64,000 nt of DNA, from the NCBI GenBank assembly GCA_043228905.1, contig JBHGNT010000008.1, forward strand, positions 19,902,001 to 19,966,000, given 5' to 3'. Below are positions 12,382 to 25,139 of the stretch, piece by piece (positions within the stretch are counted from its first letter, which is position 1; the number at the start of each line of letters is the position of its first letter). The DNA comes from Azolla caroliniana. Taxonomy: Eukaryota > Plantae > Polypodiophyta. The notes under the pieces were generated by a model. It searched no databases and had not been told where the DNA came from. It saw only the letters and a list, made by a program, of their open reading frames with translations. Position numbers and translations under genes: made by a program.

Positions 12382-13000
12382 TGTTGAGCGAGCAAGCTCA
12401 ACCGGATCCGGATCGGCTGAATAAGCCTGAGCCGGATCGGTATCCAGATGGTATCCGGAAACAACCGGCCGGATCGGGGAGCCGGATTCGAGCAGGAATC
12501 GGAGGCCTGGTAGTAGCCGAGACTACTAGGTAATCATTGTCTTGTAGTCAGTGCCATTCACACGTAGGAATATTGAAGTACCTGTCAGTACTTCTGTGAG
12601 TCCTTTATGGACTTATATAAATAGTGTTCTTTAGCACGTTGTATGTATAGAGTTTTAGAGTTATTTTTGAATATAGTGTATGTTCTGCTCTCTCTGTCTC
12701 TTTTGGATATACTCTCTGTGTTAAGCTTCTCCATTAAAACCTTCATCTCATTTTCTGTTGCTATCTGGCTGAGCCAGTTTTGTTTGACGCTTCCACACAT
12801 TAACATTTTCAAGGTATCAAAGCGCGAGGGTTGAGAACCTCTGCAGTCGACGCTTGCTTTCGTAGACAAACCCTAGAACCCGGCAATAACAGACAGAGAG
12901 AAGACATGGACAGAGGAATGGCGAGTTCACTACCCACAAAGAAGCTCGACTGGAGCAACTACGTGTCCTGGTCATATAAAATGCACTAGTATCTCTCTTG
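12382..13000 (+). mobile_element. 5' fragment of a Ty1/copia: LTR 12382-12805, degenerate Met PBS, gag start
   Basis: TGTTG...TAACA LTR similar to 29014-29443. aggtatcaaagc at 12812. Gag start MASSLPTKKLDWSNYVSWSYKMH*YL resembles 47200-47469. Confidence 0.8.
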
Positions 13001-13760
13001 ATAATAGTTTCACAGAAGTCCTTGCACTTTATCTTCTTTGGTTATCCTTGCACAATGTTTGATGTGAGCATTATGGATTATTCCTATATCACTAAAGATA
13101 AGTCAAAAATATAATGCGAACAACACATTACACCTTTCCTATGGACTTTGAAGCAATCATCTGTGGGCGATGTCTCCAAATCCTCATGGATAAGATTATT
13201 GAAAAGTTGATAAAAGTTTATGTTAATGACAAATTTTCGATAACATAATGTGGTATCTTCTCAGGATGTATCTCTATTGAAATATATCACGCAAAATCCA
13301 TGTCTAAACGTACTAATTCACCATTAGGTCGATAGTATGCAACAAAATTATAAATTATAGTCAAGTTTCATGAGCTAATCATATACTTTCAAATGGGCAA
13401 GAGTTTTGTATGGCACGAATATTATATTCCATAGTTTTAGTATCCTACTCATAGAATCTAAAATATCCAATACACCTTCAAACAAAGTAAAGAATGAAAT
13501 CGAAATTGACTCTAAATCTCTTCATCAAATAAGAAACCAAAAATCATTTCAATGAGCATAAAAGTAGATTAATGTTTAATTCTTCAATACTTTGTACTAA
13601 TGTATCAAGAATATCATCATGTAATCTATAAACAAAAAATCTAGTAGTATTCAACTCTAGCTAAAGGCCACTCAACTACATTGTTTCCCAATATATGGCT
13701 ATAAAAAGTGCATAATATAATTCATATATTGGGAAACAATATAATTCATATCTTGGGAAA

Positions 13761-16700
13761 TAATTTATTTGTTAGGTGTACTTAGAATAAAGAAACTCTT
13801 ATTATTTATATGACTACTTAAAATAAAGAACATTGGAAGTAGAAACGATTCAATTAGTGAATGTTTGGCATTCCAATGTTTTCTATTTAATAGGAGGCTC
13901 TTTTTCCTCGAAGGATAGACTCCAGTTTTGGGAGTTAGTAATACTTATTGAACTTCTATAATTATTATTTTGATTAAACAATGTTTTTCTATTAATTTGT
14001 GTTGGTGGTGGTAACACTTGGTATCAGAGCGTGTACTAAGATCTACGGCCAATAGATTCAAAACAAATCCATACAATGAAGCAATCAATAGTTCAATTTC
14101 TTTGAGAAAGTCAAGGTAATCACAAAGATAGAGCTCTTTTCTTTCTACAATCAAGTTAATTGATGGCAGGGAGAAGACGAAGAAAAGGATTCAATTTGCC
14201 CAGCAAACCACACAAGACAGAGGTCTGGAAGATGGGAGGGAAGCGGAGAATGGGAGGAATCCGTTAGAATATCAAAGATAGCCAAGACAAGAAGAAGGTT
14301 TGGTTCTGCAAATGATAGAGACCATGGGAAGGAGTCACATGGAAGGTAGGGCAAGGAGATTGGAGGAATAGGTGTCGAGGATGGAATTGGGCAACATGGA
14401 TAACTGTCGTAGCAATTGGGGGTCATTCAAGCCTCTCAAGCCTAGAATGTACTCAGGGGAGAGGAATTTAGTAGTACTCACAAGGTAGATCAGGGAGACC
14501 AAACTGTTTCTTGTTTGAAGCCATGTAGAACCTGATTTGTGAGTAATGGTCTCAACAAGTTTCTTGGATGGGCCAACAAAACATTGGTACATGTCCGGAG
14601 AAAGTGTGTTCAAATTCAAACGGGAGTTGCACCATTACTTCATTCCATAAAATGAACACCTACGCATCATGGATGAGTGGAAGATATTAAAGTAGGGGGA
14701 TGGGTAACTTACCTTATATGCAGAAAAATACCGACAGGTGACATTGTACTTGCCACATCTCCATCAAATTACCAAGCTTCATGGTTTGCTATGTGGATTA
14801 AAGCCATGAGGATCACAAAGAGGATAGGTGACATTGATGGAATTTCCCGACTATTCTAACAAAAATCGAGGCATGCTTAAAAATCGAAATTGGTCAGCAA
14901 CCACTAGCTCAAATGGAAGAGGAGTTGCTCATGGGAACCATCTCGAACGAGTTGGAAAGGTAATATAGGATGCCGAGCATCATTGTTAAGCAATACCACC
15001 ACATCACCGTGTGCCCCAATGGTGAGAAGAGGTTGTTTCAAGTGTGGAGTACCACACTTAGTGTCTGAATGCCTACGAAGAAACAATTTCCAATGAGGGT
15101 GGTCACTTCCCAACTCAACCTTCCAAAAACAGAGGAGGGGGTAAGTCTGAAATGGATGTCATTGTAGCACAATGAGGATGCCAAAGATAAAGGAAGAAAC
15201 CATCGTGCGTGTAGTTGCTATCACAACACAACACTTGTCTCACAATCAAACTCAACAATACAAGTAATTTATTTCTCAACGTAAAAATTAACAAGCAAAG
15301 TTGAAAAGACATGGTGGATAATGGGGAACCCATAATTTTATCATGTCTATGTGTGTCAAGAGGTGGGGATTGGAGCAACAAACATTAACCAATTTGGCTA
15401 TCAACTTTGTGTAGGAGTCCACAAATACATGTGCATTAGTAGCTGATATCTTGGTAGAAGCAAAGGAATGGAAGGGATGAACATCGTTCTTTGTAGTAGA
15501 CATGGATGGCTTCGAGGCAAGTTTGGGCCTGGAATGGATCGAAAAATTTGTTATTTACTAGTTTAACAAAAAAAGTGGATAAAATTTTATTGCATAACAA
15601 TAACAAAAAAGTAGGTGTCATTGAGAGTATGCACAAGAAGCACGAGGAGGTTACAAATCCCAACACAAACGCAAAAGCAACATCCATGGTAGCAAGGCTA
15701 TGCACTGTAAAGGTGGCAAGTAGAGCTTTGAGGAAGCACGGTCAACTTTTTCTCTGTAAGGCCCTACTCACAAAGCCACTAACGACAAGAATTAAGGTAC
15801 AACTAGGTGAAGAGTCAAGACAACATCAAGAAAATAACCACATGAGTTCAATGACATGCTAACAGGGGAATTATCAAAAGTGCAGCCACCACAAAGAGCA
15901 ATCGACCATAAATTCAGATTGTGCCACAGAGCATACCACCTACCAAAGTACCATATTGCATGACTGTTGCTCAATTAGAAGAACTCAAATGTTAATTGTA
16001 GGAGTTGAAAGCATGTGGGCTTATTCAAGGCCAGGCAACTCACCTTATGGTGCACCCATAATTTTGCGTGGCCACGAAAGAAGACACACTATGTATGTGT
16101 ATGGATTACAATAAAAAGCAACTATCTATTACCTTTGCTACTCGACTTACCTGATTAGTTACAAGGAGCCCAATATTTTTCTCACATTGATTTACGATTT
16201 GAATATCATCAAATCTGAATAGCCATAGAAGACATTCAGAATCTTGTGTTCAGAACTAGATACATAAGTTTTGAGTGGCTTGTGATGATTGTTGTCTTCA
16301 CCTGATCACCAGGAACCTTTTGTAGACATGGGAATGAAATATTTCAAGATTATTTGGATAAATTTGTTATCATTTATATTAACAATATGTTGATATTTAA
16401 TAATTCTTTGGAAGAGCACATGCAACATGTCGCCTAGGTTCTACAAAGATTATGGGAGCGCCAGTCGTACACCGAGCCCGAGAAATGTGAATTTGCTCTA
16501 GGTGAGCAAGAGTTTCTTGGATTTTGAGTGGGAAGGGATGGGCTGAAGATGGATCCTGCCAAGGTGGAAATAGTTCAGAAATAGCCACAACCCACCAAAA
16601 TCATTGAGGTACAACAATTCATTGGTTTTGTATAGTACATTAGGAAGTTTATTAAAAATTTTAGTGCAATTGAAACTACACTCACAAATCTTATGAGAGG

Positions 16701-17836
16701 CTCACAAGTGTTTAAGTGCTCAAAAATAGAGCAACATGCTTTTGACTAATTGAAGGAGGTAGTGTGTTCTCAGCCAGTGTTGAAACTACTAAATTCCATT
16801 GGGCCTTTCGAAATTCATATTGATGCATCAGATTATGCTTATGGGGCGGTTCTTATGCAGGATGGTCATCCAATTGCGTATGAGTCAAAAGTATGTTCAG
16901 AAATAGAAAGTAGATGGCCTACCCACAAGAAAGAAATACTCACCATAGTATAGGCACTATGGAAGCCGAGACATTATGTGCAAGATAAATTCAAAAAGGT
17001 AGTGATACATAAGATATTCTTGCAATACTTTCAATCACAAGACTGTCAGCAAAACATATACGGTGGGAGGACATGTTGGCAAAGTTTGATCTAAAAATTG
17101 TGCATAAGAAGGGGAAGTTGCACACGCTACTGGATGCATTGAGTAGACTGCCACAAATTCATCACATTTTCTTCATCACGGTTCATGGATGGATTCAAGA
17201 ATTTCAGCAAGCTCAAGAAAATGAAGCAACAATATGACAATTTATAGATGAAGTGGGAAGTGGACAAACTGCTCACGGATTATTTAGGTTGCATGACGAG
17301 CTATTATGGAGTGAAGATAAGGTGGTGATTCCTAATAATATACACCTAATGGCCAAAATATTGTGTGAAGTCCATAATTGCCATGTGGTTTGGCATGGAG
17401 GACAAAAACAAACATTAAGGGCCACTAAAGAGTATTTCATGTGGACTAAAATGGAGAAGGAAATTATTGAGTATACACCCTCATTCAGAGTCTGTCAACC
17501 AATGCAGGCAAGAGGAGGCAAAGCATTCGGTCTACTACAACAAATGCGGATTCTGTCTCGCCCATGGGATGTAATTAGTATGGACTTTATTATTGATTTG
17601 CCTCCCTCCAAAGGATACAATACTTTGATGGTGGTCGTGCTCTACCTAGATTAAAGAAACGGTTCTGACTGTTATCATTGCTTAAAATAAAGAACCTTGG
17701 AAGTACAAACGATTCAATTACTAAAGGTTTGACATTCCAATGATTCCTATTTGTTTTCTTCGAACAATAGACTCTAGTTTTGGGAGTTACTAGTACTTAT
17801 TAAATTGTTTTTCTATTAATTTGTGTTGATGGTGGA
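13761..17836 (+). mobile_element. Degenerate chromovirus-type Ty3/gypsy (copy 1): 5' LTR ~13761-14016, PBS-Met 14019-14030, decayed gag-pol, partial 3' LTR ~17670-17836
   Basis: TGGTATCAGAGC follows ...GGTAACA. RH FEIHIDASDYAYGAVLMQDGHPIAYESK; IN PWDVISMDFIIDLP. The LTR is homologous to 54259-54513. The integrase core and PPT are deleted. Confidence 0.88.
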
Positions 17837-18334
17837 CTAGTCGTAATAAAAGGTATGTAGTATTAAATTTATTTTTGAAGAAATTTTCTTGTGTGAGTTA
17901 GTAAGGTTTTGGTACTCACAAGTTCTTGCATCCATTTAAGTTTGTGTGCGAGTACATTAAATTTTATCATAGGATTTTAATAAGAATACTATAGGAAATA
18001 AATATTCTTTATATCCCTTTGAATCAAATTTTGAGCCCACAAAATTCTCACATGGAGTCCTAAAGGCCATTTTGTCCAAAACAATTAGTTTCTGATTAAT
18101 TAGGTGTCTCTTATAAATTGGTGACACTTCAAAGATGAGATAAAAAATTAAGGAAGTGAATTATAAGCATTAGCAAAATAACATGGGAAAGTGAAAAAAA
18201 TCACTTTCTCTTAATAATGATACATATGATTTGGGAGCAATTAGAAAAACATGGAGGGTAAACCATAACTTAGCTTAGATGAATTAGGAACACATGTAGT
18301 CGTAGGTGGAAATGCATGAAAAAAAGATGGAAAT

Positions 18335-18859
18335 TTAGTATGGGCGTTGGCCAATATAGTTTCCAGGGGGGTCGTAGTTGCATATGATGTATGTTGCAAG
18401 TGGGTTGGATGTGCATTTATGAGCGACGCATCCAACACGTTGTGTCTTGGCCCACACCACTTGTGTATAGTGGCCGCATTGTTGGCCAGTTGCACAAGTG
18501 TTGGTCTTGTAGTTGTAGTATCGCTTCTCAGATATCCAATCTGTCAAGGCTTGATTAGGTGTTGCTAGGGCGCGGGTGGTAGTCCAATACCAATACAAGT
18601 TCTCTCCATAAGGACCGTTGGAATGGCGTAATGCACCAGCACAACCAGCTTGGGGTTTATCTTGGCTTATGGCATATTTGTTGGCATAGTCTTCCAATGT
18701 TTTGCTCCAAACTAGAAGTGGAATGCCCAATTTTTGCCTCTCCACATTATGTGCACTTAGAAATTGATTTTGTTGTGTTTGCGCTATGCAACCAACAAAA
18801 CAACTTATCAACACTAATAGAATAGTAAAAGGTGCATAATTAATATGTTGATTTTTCAT
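18335..18859 (-). CDS. PR1: Pathogenesis-related protein 1 (CAP/SCP/TAPS superfamily), secreted, 174 aa, intact and intronless
   Basis: Hydrophobic N-terminal signal, FLSAHN.ER, PYGENLYW, CGHYTQVVW (CRISP-1 signature), RVGC and IICNYDPPGNYIGQRPY (CRISP-2 signature plus CAPE-type C-terminus). Six mature Cys. Confidence 0.96.
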   Translation of the reverse strand: MKNQHINYAPFTILLVLISCFVGCIAQTQQNQFLSAHNVERQKLGIPLLVWSKTLEDYANKYAISQDKPQAGCAGALRHSNGPYGENLYWYWTTTRALATPNQALTDWISEKRYYNYKTNTCATGQQCGHYTQVVWAKTQRVGCVAHKCTSNPLATYIICNYDPPGNYIGQRPY

Positions 18860-18939
18860 TATATGTGGTGGTTGCTAAGTATTGGACAAAAGGTAGTAAT
18901 ATTAACTTCCCCTCGTTATGCGTGTTTGTGCTTCTACTA

Positions 18940-19040
18940 TGATATATACCTATACCTATACCTATATATATATTGAGAGAGAGAGAGATACTGATAGATA
19001 ATAATGTCAAGGATAGAAATATGCCTATCAAAGTCAAGGC
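18940..19040 (-). promoter_or_regulatory. Putative PR-1 core promoter: (TA)n TATA-like tract and W-box
   Basis: TATATATATA at about 18963-18972, roughly 105 bp upstream of the ATG. TTGACT on the minus strand at 19032-19037, conserved in the paralogue near 55674. Motif-level evidence only. Confidence 0.4.
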
Positions 19041-19429
19041 TATCCTCCATCCTCCATGTGATACAATTCAACGTTGTAGCCTAAATTATACGTTATTGTC
19101 AAATATAATAAAATGCATGTCTAATGTATTAAAATATAGGTTGGAAAATATGCGCATCTACGCATATTCGCTAATATAATAAGCCAAGGGACCATGTCTT
19201 CCAATTAGGGATTAATATTAAATTTGAGTCGGTGTTGTCATGTGTTTATAATATTCAATGATATTGGACTATAATTATCCCAATTGTAGTCTCTTCAAAA
19301 CAAAAATAGACTCTACATATGTAGAAAATAATTAGACGATAAATATTGTATAGTTTCAATGAGAGTAATGTGAATCATATTGGCCCCTTACTTCTTTCAA
19401 GTTAGCCCAACCCTCTATACTTAGCAAAT

Positions 19430-20145
19430 GGGCCCCTCAATCTTAGGGTGCAAATCCTTTGTGTTTGTTTACTTACATGGCAATCATGGTTTCAGGGGGT
19501 GCCCCCCCAATCAATAGCACACAACTCTTTTGGCAACAAAGAGAACGTTCTCAACACATTGTGGTTCTCTACCGTTTGTAATTGCATGAAAATCTCTTTT
19601 GCTAACAAAACTTTCATAGAATTGAAAATTTCAATTAGGGATTATTATTAATTCTCCTAGGATTATTGCATGGGGTCCTCAACCTTAACGTGTAGATCCT
19701 TTTTGTTTGTCTACCTATAGGCCAATCAAGGTTTCAAGGCGGTGCCCCCTCTTAATGAAATTGCTCACGACTCCTTTGGTAATGAAGAGAACGTTCCCAA
19801 CATGGCATACTTCTACACCATTTGTGAAGAGCTTGAGAATATGTTTTGTTTACAAAACGTTCATAAACTCTAAATTTTCAATTGAGAATTACTATCAATC
19901 TCTTTATGATTAGCACATGGGGTCAACCTTAGGGTGTGGATCCTCTCTACTTGTCTATCCAAAGGGCAATCATGGTTTCAAGGAGGTATGTCCCCTTAAA
20001 CAAATGGCACATGGCAGCTTAGGCCCTTAAACAAACCCTAAACCCTAAACTAGAAGAATATTTTCAATGCATCCTAGTTCTCCACCATTTATCAAGTGCT
20101 TGAAAATCTCTTTTGGCAAAAATAATTTAATCAGGGATTGTTATA
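19430..20145. repeat. About three diverged ~245-bp tandem units upstream of PR-1
   Basis: caa(t/c)cttagggtg...ggcaatcatggtttca...gagaacgttc...tgaaaatctctttt...attagggatt recurs near 19437, 19680 and 19924. A fourth partial start is near 20350. Confidence 0.75.
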
Positions 20146-21324
20146 ACTTTAAAGATAGTATGACAATAATGTGGTAATGTGGTTCAAAGAGGTATCATGC
20201 TCACTTTGTATCTCGAATCTCTTTCAAAGAGAGACAAACGTTAGATATTATTAATCATGCAAAACTCTTTTGCGAGAGTTCAAGAAGACTAGCAATAAAT
20301 TTATTTTTCTTGAGTTTTTTATCATAACCTAGGCTCTAGATGTAAAGCATGGGGTCTCCATCCTTAGGGCGTGTTTGTTTACTCATAGGGTAGTCATAGG
20401 TTGAGGGATACCTTCCCTCGATGACAACCACAAATGCTTCATTATTCTCACAATTGCTCTTCTAATTACAAGAGCCTTTAATATACATTCAAACTCTCTA
20501 TTATCTACATATATTTTGTTAACAAAGATATAATAGACTTGAAAGTATACCTTAAGTATTCCAACTACCGACATGTTAATAAACATATAATAAGCTCATG
20601 ATGTTGAAACACGCTCTTCACCCCATTGTCAACTTCGTTGGAATTTAGGAAATAATTTTAAAAGATAATTGCATCTAATTTGGTTAGGGTGTCTGTTCTG
20701 AGCAAAAGGAATTGGTGTTGGGGCTTTGGCTTAGGGTGGGAGTCCATTTTTAATTTCTTATATATAGGTTTCTATGTTAGTCATTATTGTCTAAGTGAAA
20801 TAAGGTAGCTCAAGATTGAAATGTTCTATCCACCAAATGTTTTAACTTTTAATATGTTCAATTTTGGGATGGCTCTTAGAGCAATTTTGGATATATGCAA
20901 ATTGAAGGGTGACCTTCGTAGATTTGTGAAGTTGGAGATAGAAAGATTTCAGTAAACTGTTGTTCCCACGTTCACTAAAGGGAACTCAAAGCCCAATGTA
21001 TTTAAAGCTTTCTATTAACGGCCGAGTTGGAACTACTAACCCCCATGTTGGTTTTTTCCTATGCACCTTCCACCCTCCCTCTGTTGAAGGATTGAGGATT
21101 GGGCTTATGCTAGCCGACGATGATTGTCATTAGTCTATAACTCTAGGTACCTAATTACATTAAATAGAAAGTATGTCAAGTGGATATGTACCTAGTCTCA
21201 TATTCTTGAACTCGGATGGGGGATGATTCCCCGATTTATACATAAGCCACCTTGTATAGTCTTTCTGTAAAAATCTGTCTTAACTAATGGGAAAGTAGTT
21301 CTTGTTTTGGGAAAATTCTTAATT

Positions 21325-21950
21325 GATAGTCCCACATATGCATGGTTAGAGGCTAAAGCTATTCGTACTTGACTTATAGTGCACACACACATCACCTTAA
21401 TATAAATCAAAGTATAGATATTCATTCAATACTTTGAGTTCTTCTATGTGTCCCCAAGATGCTCATGGGCACCAATAATATGTTACCTTTCAAATCTTTC
21501 TATTATTTCATGTGGCTAATAATTGAACCACATGCATGGAACATCCTTAATTGTTAGCCCCCATATGCATGGTTAGAGGCTAAAGCTATTCGTAGTCAAC
21601 TTATTGTGCACACAAAAGTTTTCTAATACATAGAATATTTTATTCAATACTTGAAGTATTTTCTAGAAGCACCAAATCATTTGTTTTAACAAACACATGA
21701 AAATCTCATTCTGAACTATAACTTCTTCATTGTCACATTTTTTAAGCTCATCAACTATAATTCCAATTCATCAATACATAACCAAGGAGTGTTGATGAGG
21801 GTGTTCATTCTTACCGGGCAAAACTAGTTCTAGTTAGAAAATATTCCCATATGCACACACACATCACCTTAATATAAGTCAAAGTTGAGATATTCACTTG
21901 GTACTTTGGGTTCTTTTATGTGTCCCCAAGATGCTTATGGGCACCAATAG
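21325..21950. repeat. Local direct duplications
   Basis: catatgcatggttagaggctaaagctattcgta near 21335 and 21562. tgcacacacacatcaccttaatataa...tgtccccaagatgc..atgggcaccaata near 21380 and 21852. Confidence 0.7.
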
Positions 21951-22868
21951 GCAAAATGGTTGATATGGAAGGTAAACTTCCAACCCAATAGGTAATGTTA
22001 GAACTTTGTTACGTTATAGATCATGTCGATAGCCTCACGTTCGGTTGTCGAATAATTCCGTTCGACCGTTGATAATTTCCCACTTGCATAATACACTGGC
22101 CTATACCAGTTCGGTTCCGACCATTGCATTAGTGTACTGCCGATTGCAATATCTGAAGTGTCGACAAAAACATGAAAATTCTTAGCCCAATTAGGTGGTT
22201 GTATGATGGGTGCTTTTGTGAGAATTTTCTTTAGACAGTCGTACGCGTCCTATTCGGCTGTCAACCATTGAAATGGTGTTTCGTGTACAATTGCATGTAA
22301 GGGTGTTGCGACATTGGCCAAATAGTGAATCATCCGGCTGTGCCATCGAATCTGGCCTAGGAATCTGCTGAGAGCATTAGGATTTGTCGGCGGTGGCGCC
22401 TTCATTATGGCTTTAACTTTGTCGGGGTCGATGGCAATTCCGTCCCGACTAACAATATGACCAAGCAACATACCCTTGTTACACCGAATACACATTTAGC
22501 CAGATTTAAACCTAGTCGGCCTTGTCGACACCTATCCATGCATAATCGGAGGTGTTCGAAATGGCTAGCTCGGCGACTGTATACCGCGAAATCATCTAAA
22601 AATACTTGCATGAATGCTGATATGTAATCAACGAAAATCTCCATGATTACTCTTTGGAATGTAGCCAGAGCTATTTTTAGTTTGTACATCATGATGACAG
22701 TAACAACGGCTCCCATTCAGTGACAAAAGTTGTTTTCTCTTGTTCGTCAAGATGCATTCAAACCTGTTTATAACCACTGAACCCATCAAGAAAACTATAA
22801 ATTTCATGACCAACCACCACATTAAGGATGCCATTAGTAAAGGTAATAGAAATGCATCCATTACTAGT
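21950..22868 (-). mobile_element. Degenerate Ty3/gypsy RT-RNase H fragment, same family as 1-1713
   Basis: VFLDDFAVYS, LLGHIVSRDGI, FLGQIRWHSR and FHVFVDTSDIAIGS..WYRPVYYAS. Confidence 0.88.
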
Positions 22869-23189
22869 TGTTCTTGTATCTTCTCTTCATATAATATACC
22901 ATTTGTTATCATCATTCTCTTTGTCTCTCGGTGTCGTGTGAATCTTCTCACACTATGTAAAATAAAATAAAATAATAAATAATAAAATAAGTACTTTATA
23001 TTAGCTTAATGGCATGTTATAGAAGATGGATGTTTTAGAAGATAGGGAAAATAGAAGTATTATTTATCCCACATAGATAGTAAACTTACGGCCCTAGCTA
23101 TATAAGCACATTGGGATCCCTCATTTTTCATTTGTGCTAAGAACACTTTGGGCACTTTGTCTTGATGGATGAAGGTGGCTAAGTTCCCA

Positions 23190-23508
23190 AAAACTAGAAA
23201 CCGGCCAGTAAGCGATCTAGAACCAGCCCGTAAGCAAAACTAAAAACTCGCCGATAAGCAAAACCGAAAACTAGCTGGTAAGCAATCTGGAAGGCCCGGT
23301 AAGAAAAAACGGAACCGGGCCGGTAAGCTAAACCGGAAATCGGCCGGTAAGCAAACTGGAACCGGCCGGGAAGCAACCCGGAACTTGCCGTTAAGCAACC
23401 CGGAACCGGGCCGGTAAGCAAATTTGGAACTGGCCAGGTAAGCAAAACTAGAAATTGGTTGGTAAGCAAAAGCGGAAACCCGCCAGTAAGCAAATCGGAA
23501 CCGGTAGC
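23190..23508 (+). repeat. Minisatellite, about 13 copies of a 22-24 bp unit (AAA.CCGGAA.CCGGCCGGTAAGC-like)
   Basis: Recurring gtaagc at about 22-24 bp spacing; gives periodic FAYR peptides on the minus strand. Confidence 0.85.
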
Positions 23509-23832
23509 AGAGCTGGCGAGGCGGCGGCAATCGGCGACAGAACGGAACCGGCGACCGAACGAGGTTGTACGCAAACCGAACGGATAAAAGGATCATGTGG
23601 CTAATTAAAGTGAAGTGAAGGGAACTAAAGTAAAGGTCATGTGGATCGTCGCATGCAACTAAAAGAAAAAGCTATGCAACTAAAAGTAGAGGCCATGCAA
23701 CAAAAAGTGGACATGCAATGATCAACGGAGAACTCCATATATATATATATATATATATTTCCTACACGGATTCTCTCTCCATTATTATTCTTTTCCTTCT
23801 CAGTTCCCTTATCTTATCGAAGCCATAACACT

Positions 23833-24028
23833 CATAAACCCTAAATTTCCTTACGGAAATCATAAACCCTAATTTTCCTTACGGAAGCCATAAACCCTTA
23901 ATTTCTCTACGGAAGCCATAAACCCTAAATTTCCTTACGGAAGTCACAAACCCTAATTTTCCCTACGGAAGCCATAAACCCTAAATTTCCTTACGGAAGT
24001 CACAAACCCTAATTTTCCCTACGAAAGC
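23833..24028 (+). repeat. 7 x 28-bp tandem repeat, most units carrying a telo-box (AAACCCTAA)
   Basis: Unit cataaaccctaaatttccttacggaagc, downstream of a (TA)n tract at about 23737-23757. Confidence 0.9.
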
Positions 24029-24361
24029 CATATCTCTCAAAACCCCTAATTTTCCTTTTCTATTAATCTTAGTTTACCTAAAACTTCTAAATCCCAATCT
24101 TGGGACATATTGTAATTTCTTTCCCTTTATTAATGAAATTTGTGAATCTTTCTCATTTTCCATTAATTGTTTAATATAAGCATACGAATTTGATATCTTC
24201 CGGTCGGAGGCCCCGGGGTCTTGCCTCAAAGTTCACGTGTTCTCGTCGTATTTTCGCGACATCGGTCTCCTTCTCTCGTGAGTTCCTCTTAGTACTAATC
24301 CTCCGATTACATTCCTCCTCTATCTCTAGTACTAATTCCCTCTCTATCTTTAGTACTATTC

Positions 24362-25090
24362 CTGGTAGGTAACATTCTTTGCAGGGGGGGATGACACTTT
24401 GGTTGTCACAATAGAGTTAGAATTCATTTTGCCAAATTCCTAGCTCACCGATAAAATCCTTCATCCAGATTATCTCCTTGTCGGCTTCTACAACTGTCAT
24501 ATACTCAGCTTCCATGGTCGACAATGCCACAACCTTCTGCAGCCTCGACTGCCACGAGACAACTCTCCCTCCACAAGGCATACCATACCCAGACATAGAC
24601 CGACTGGTATCTACATTAGCCGACATGTCTGAGTTGTTAAAACCTTCTAACATGGGGTTACTTGAGCCGAATCGGAGACACATGCTCGAGGTGCCTCTTA
24701 CATACCGAAGTATCCACTTAATTGCTGCCCATTGTTGTCTTCCTAGATTGCTCATGAAGCGGTTGATGACTCCGACTACGTATCCAATGTCCGGCCTGGT
24801 ACATACCATCACGTACATTAGGCTTCCGACTGTTGAGGCATAAGGCACCTTCATCATCTTAGCTTTCTCTATCTTCATCTTTGGACATTGTGTTGCAGAT
24901 AGTTTGTTGTTCGTCGGGAGTGTCGAACTGACTAGCTTCGTGCTTTCCATGCCGAATCTTTGGAGCACCTTTGTCACATACTTTTCCTGTGCCAACCACA
25001 AGAAATTCTTTGACTGATCCCGGACAATGTGCATCCTCAGGATTTGCCTTGTCGGGCCCATATCCTTCATTGAGAATGCCATGCTCAAAG
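24362..25090 (-). mobile_element. Ty1/copia RT-RNase H fragment (Tnt1-like)
   Basis: ORF 24417-25088 has MKDMGP, VGSLMYVMVCTRPDI and EAEY, and continues as CDNQSVI..AKNVTYQ. Confidence 0.9.
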
Positions 25091-25139
25091 GGCTTCTTAG
25101 GAATTTGAATCTTGAAACCCGGGCCAGTCTTCAGGGAAT

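Larger units (their letters stand above)
22932..24261 (+). mobile_element. Solo LTR, 1330 bp (TGTCG...CGACA family), containing two minisatellites
   Basis: TGTCGTG...CGCGACA flanked by a perfect 4-bp TSD TCGG (22928-22931 / 24262-24265). Strand inferred from the matching termini. Confidence 0.85.

Noticed and set aside
13000-13760. AT-rich stretch with a short direct repeat near 13715-13760
   Set aside because: No ORF, termini or homology within the window to support a call.
23190-24028. Regular short repeats that might look like a CRISPR array
   Set aside because: They are head-to-tail units with no unique spacers, inside a eukaryotic LTR, and there are no cas genes.
24362-24396. GGGGGGGATGACA resembling a PPT or LTR end
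   Set aside because: On the minus strand it is decayed copia RNase H coding sequence (CDNQSVI..AKNVTYQ, equivalent to CDSQSAIHLAKNAAYH).
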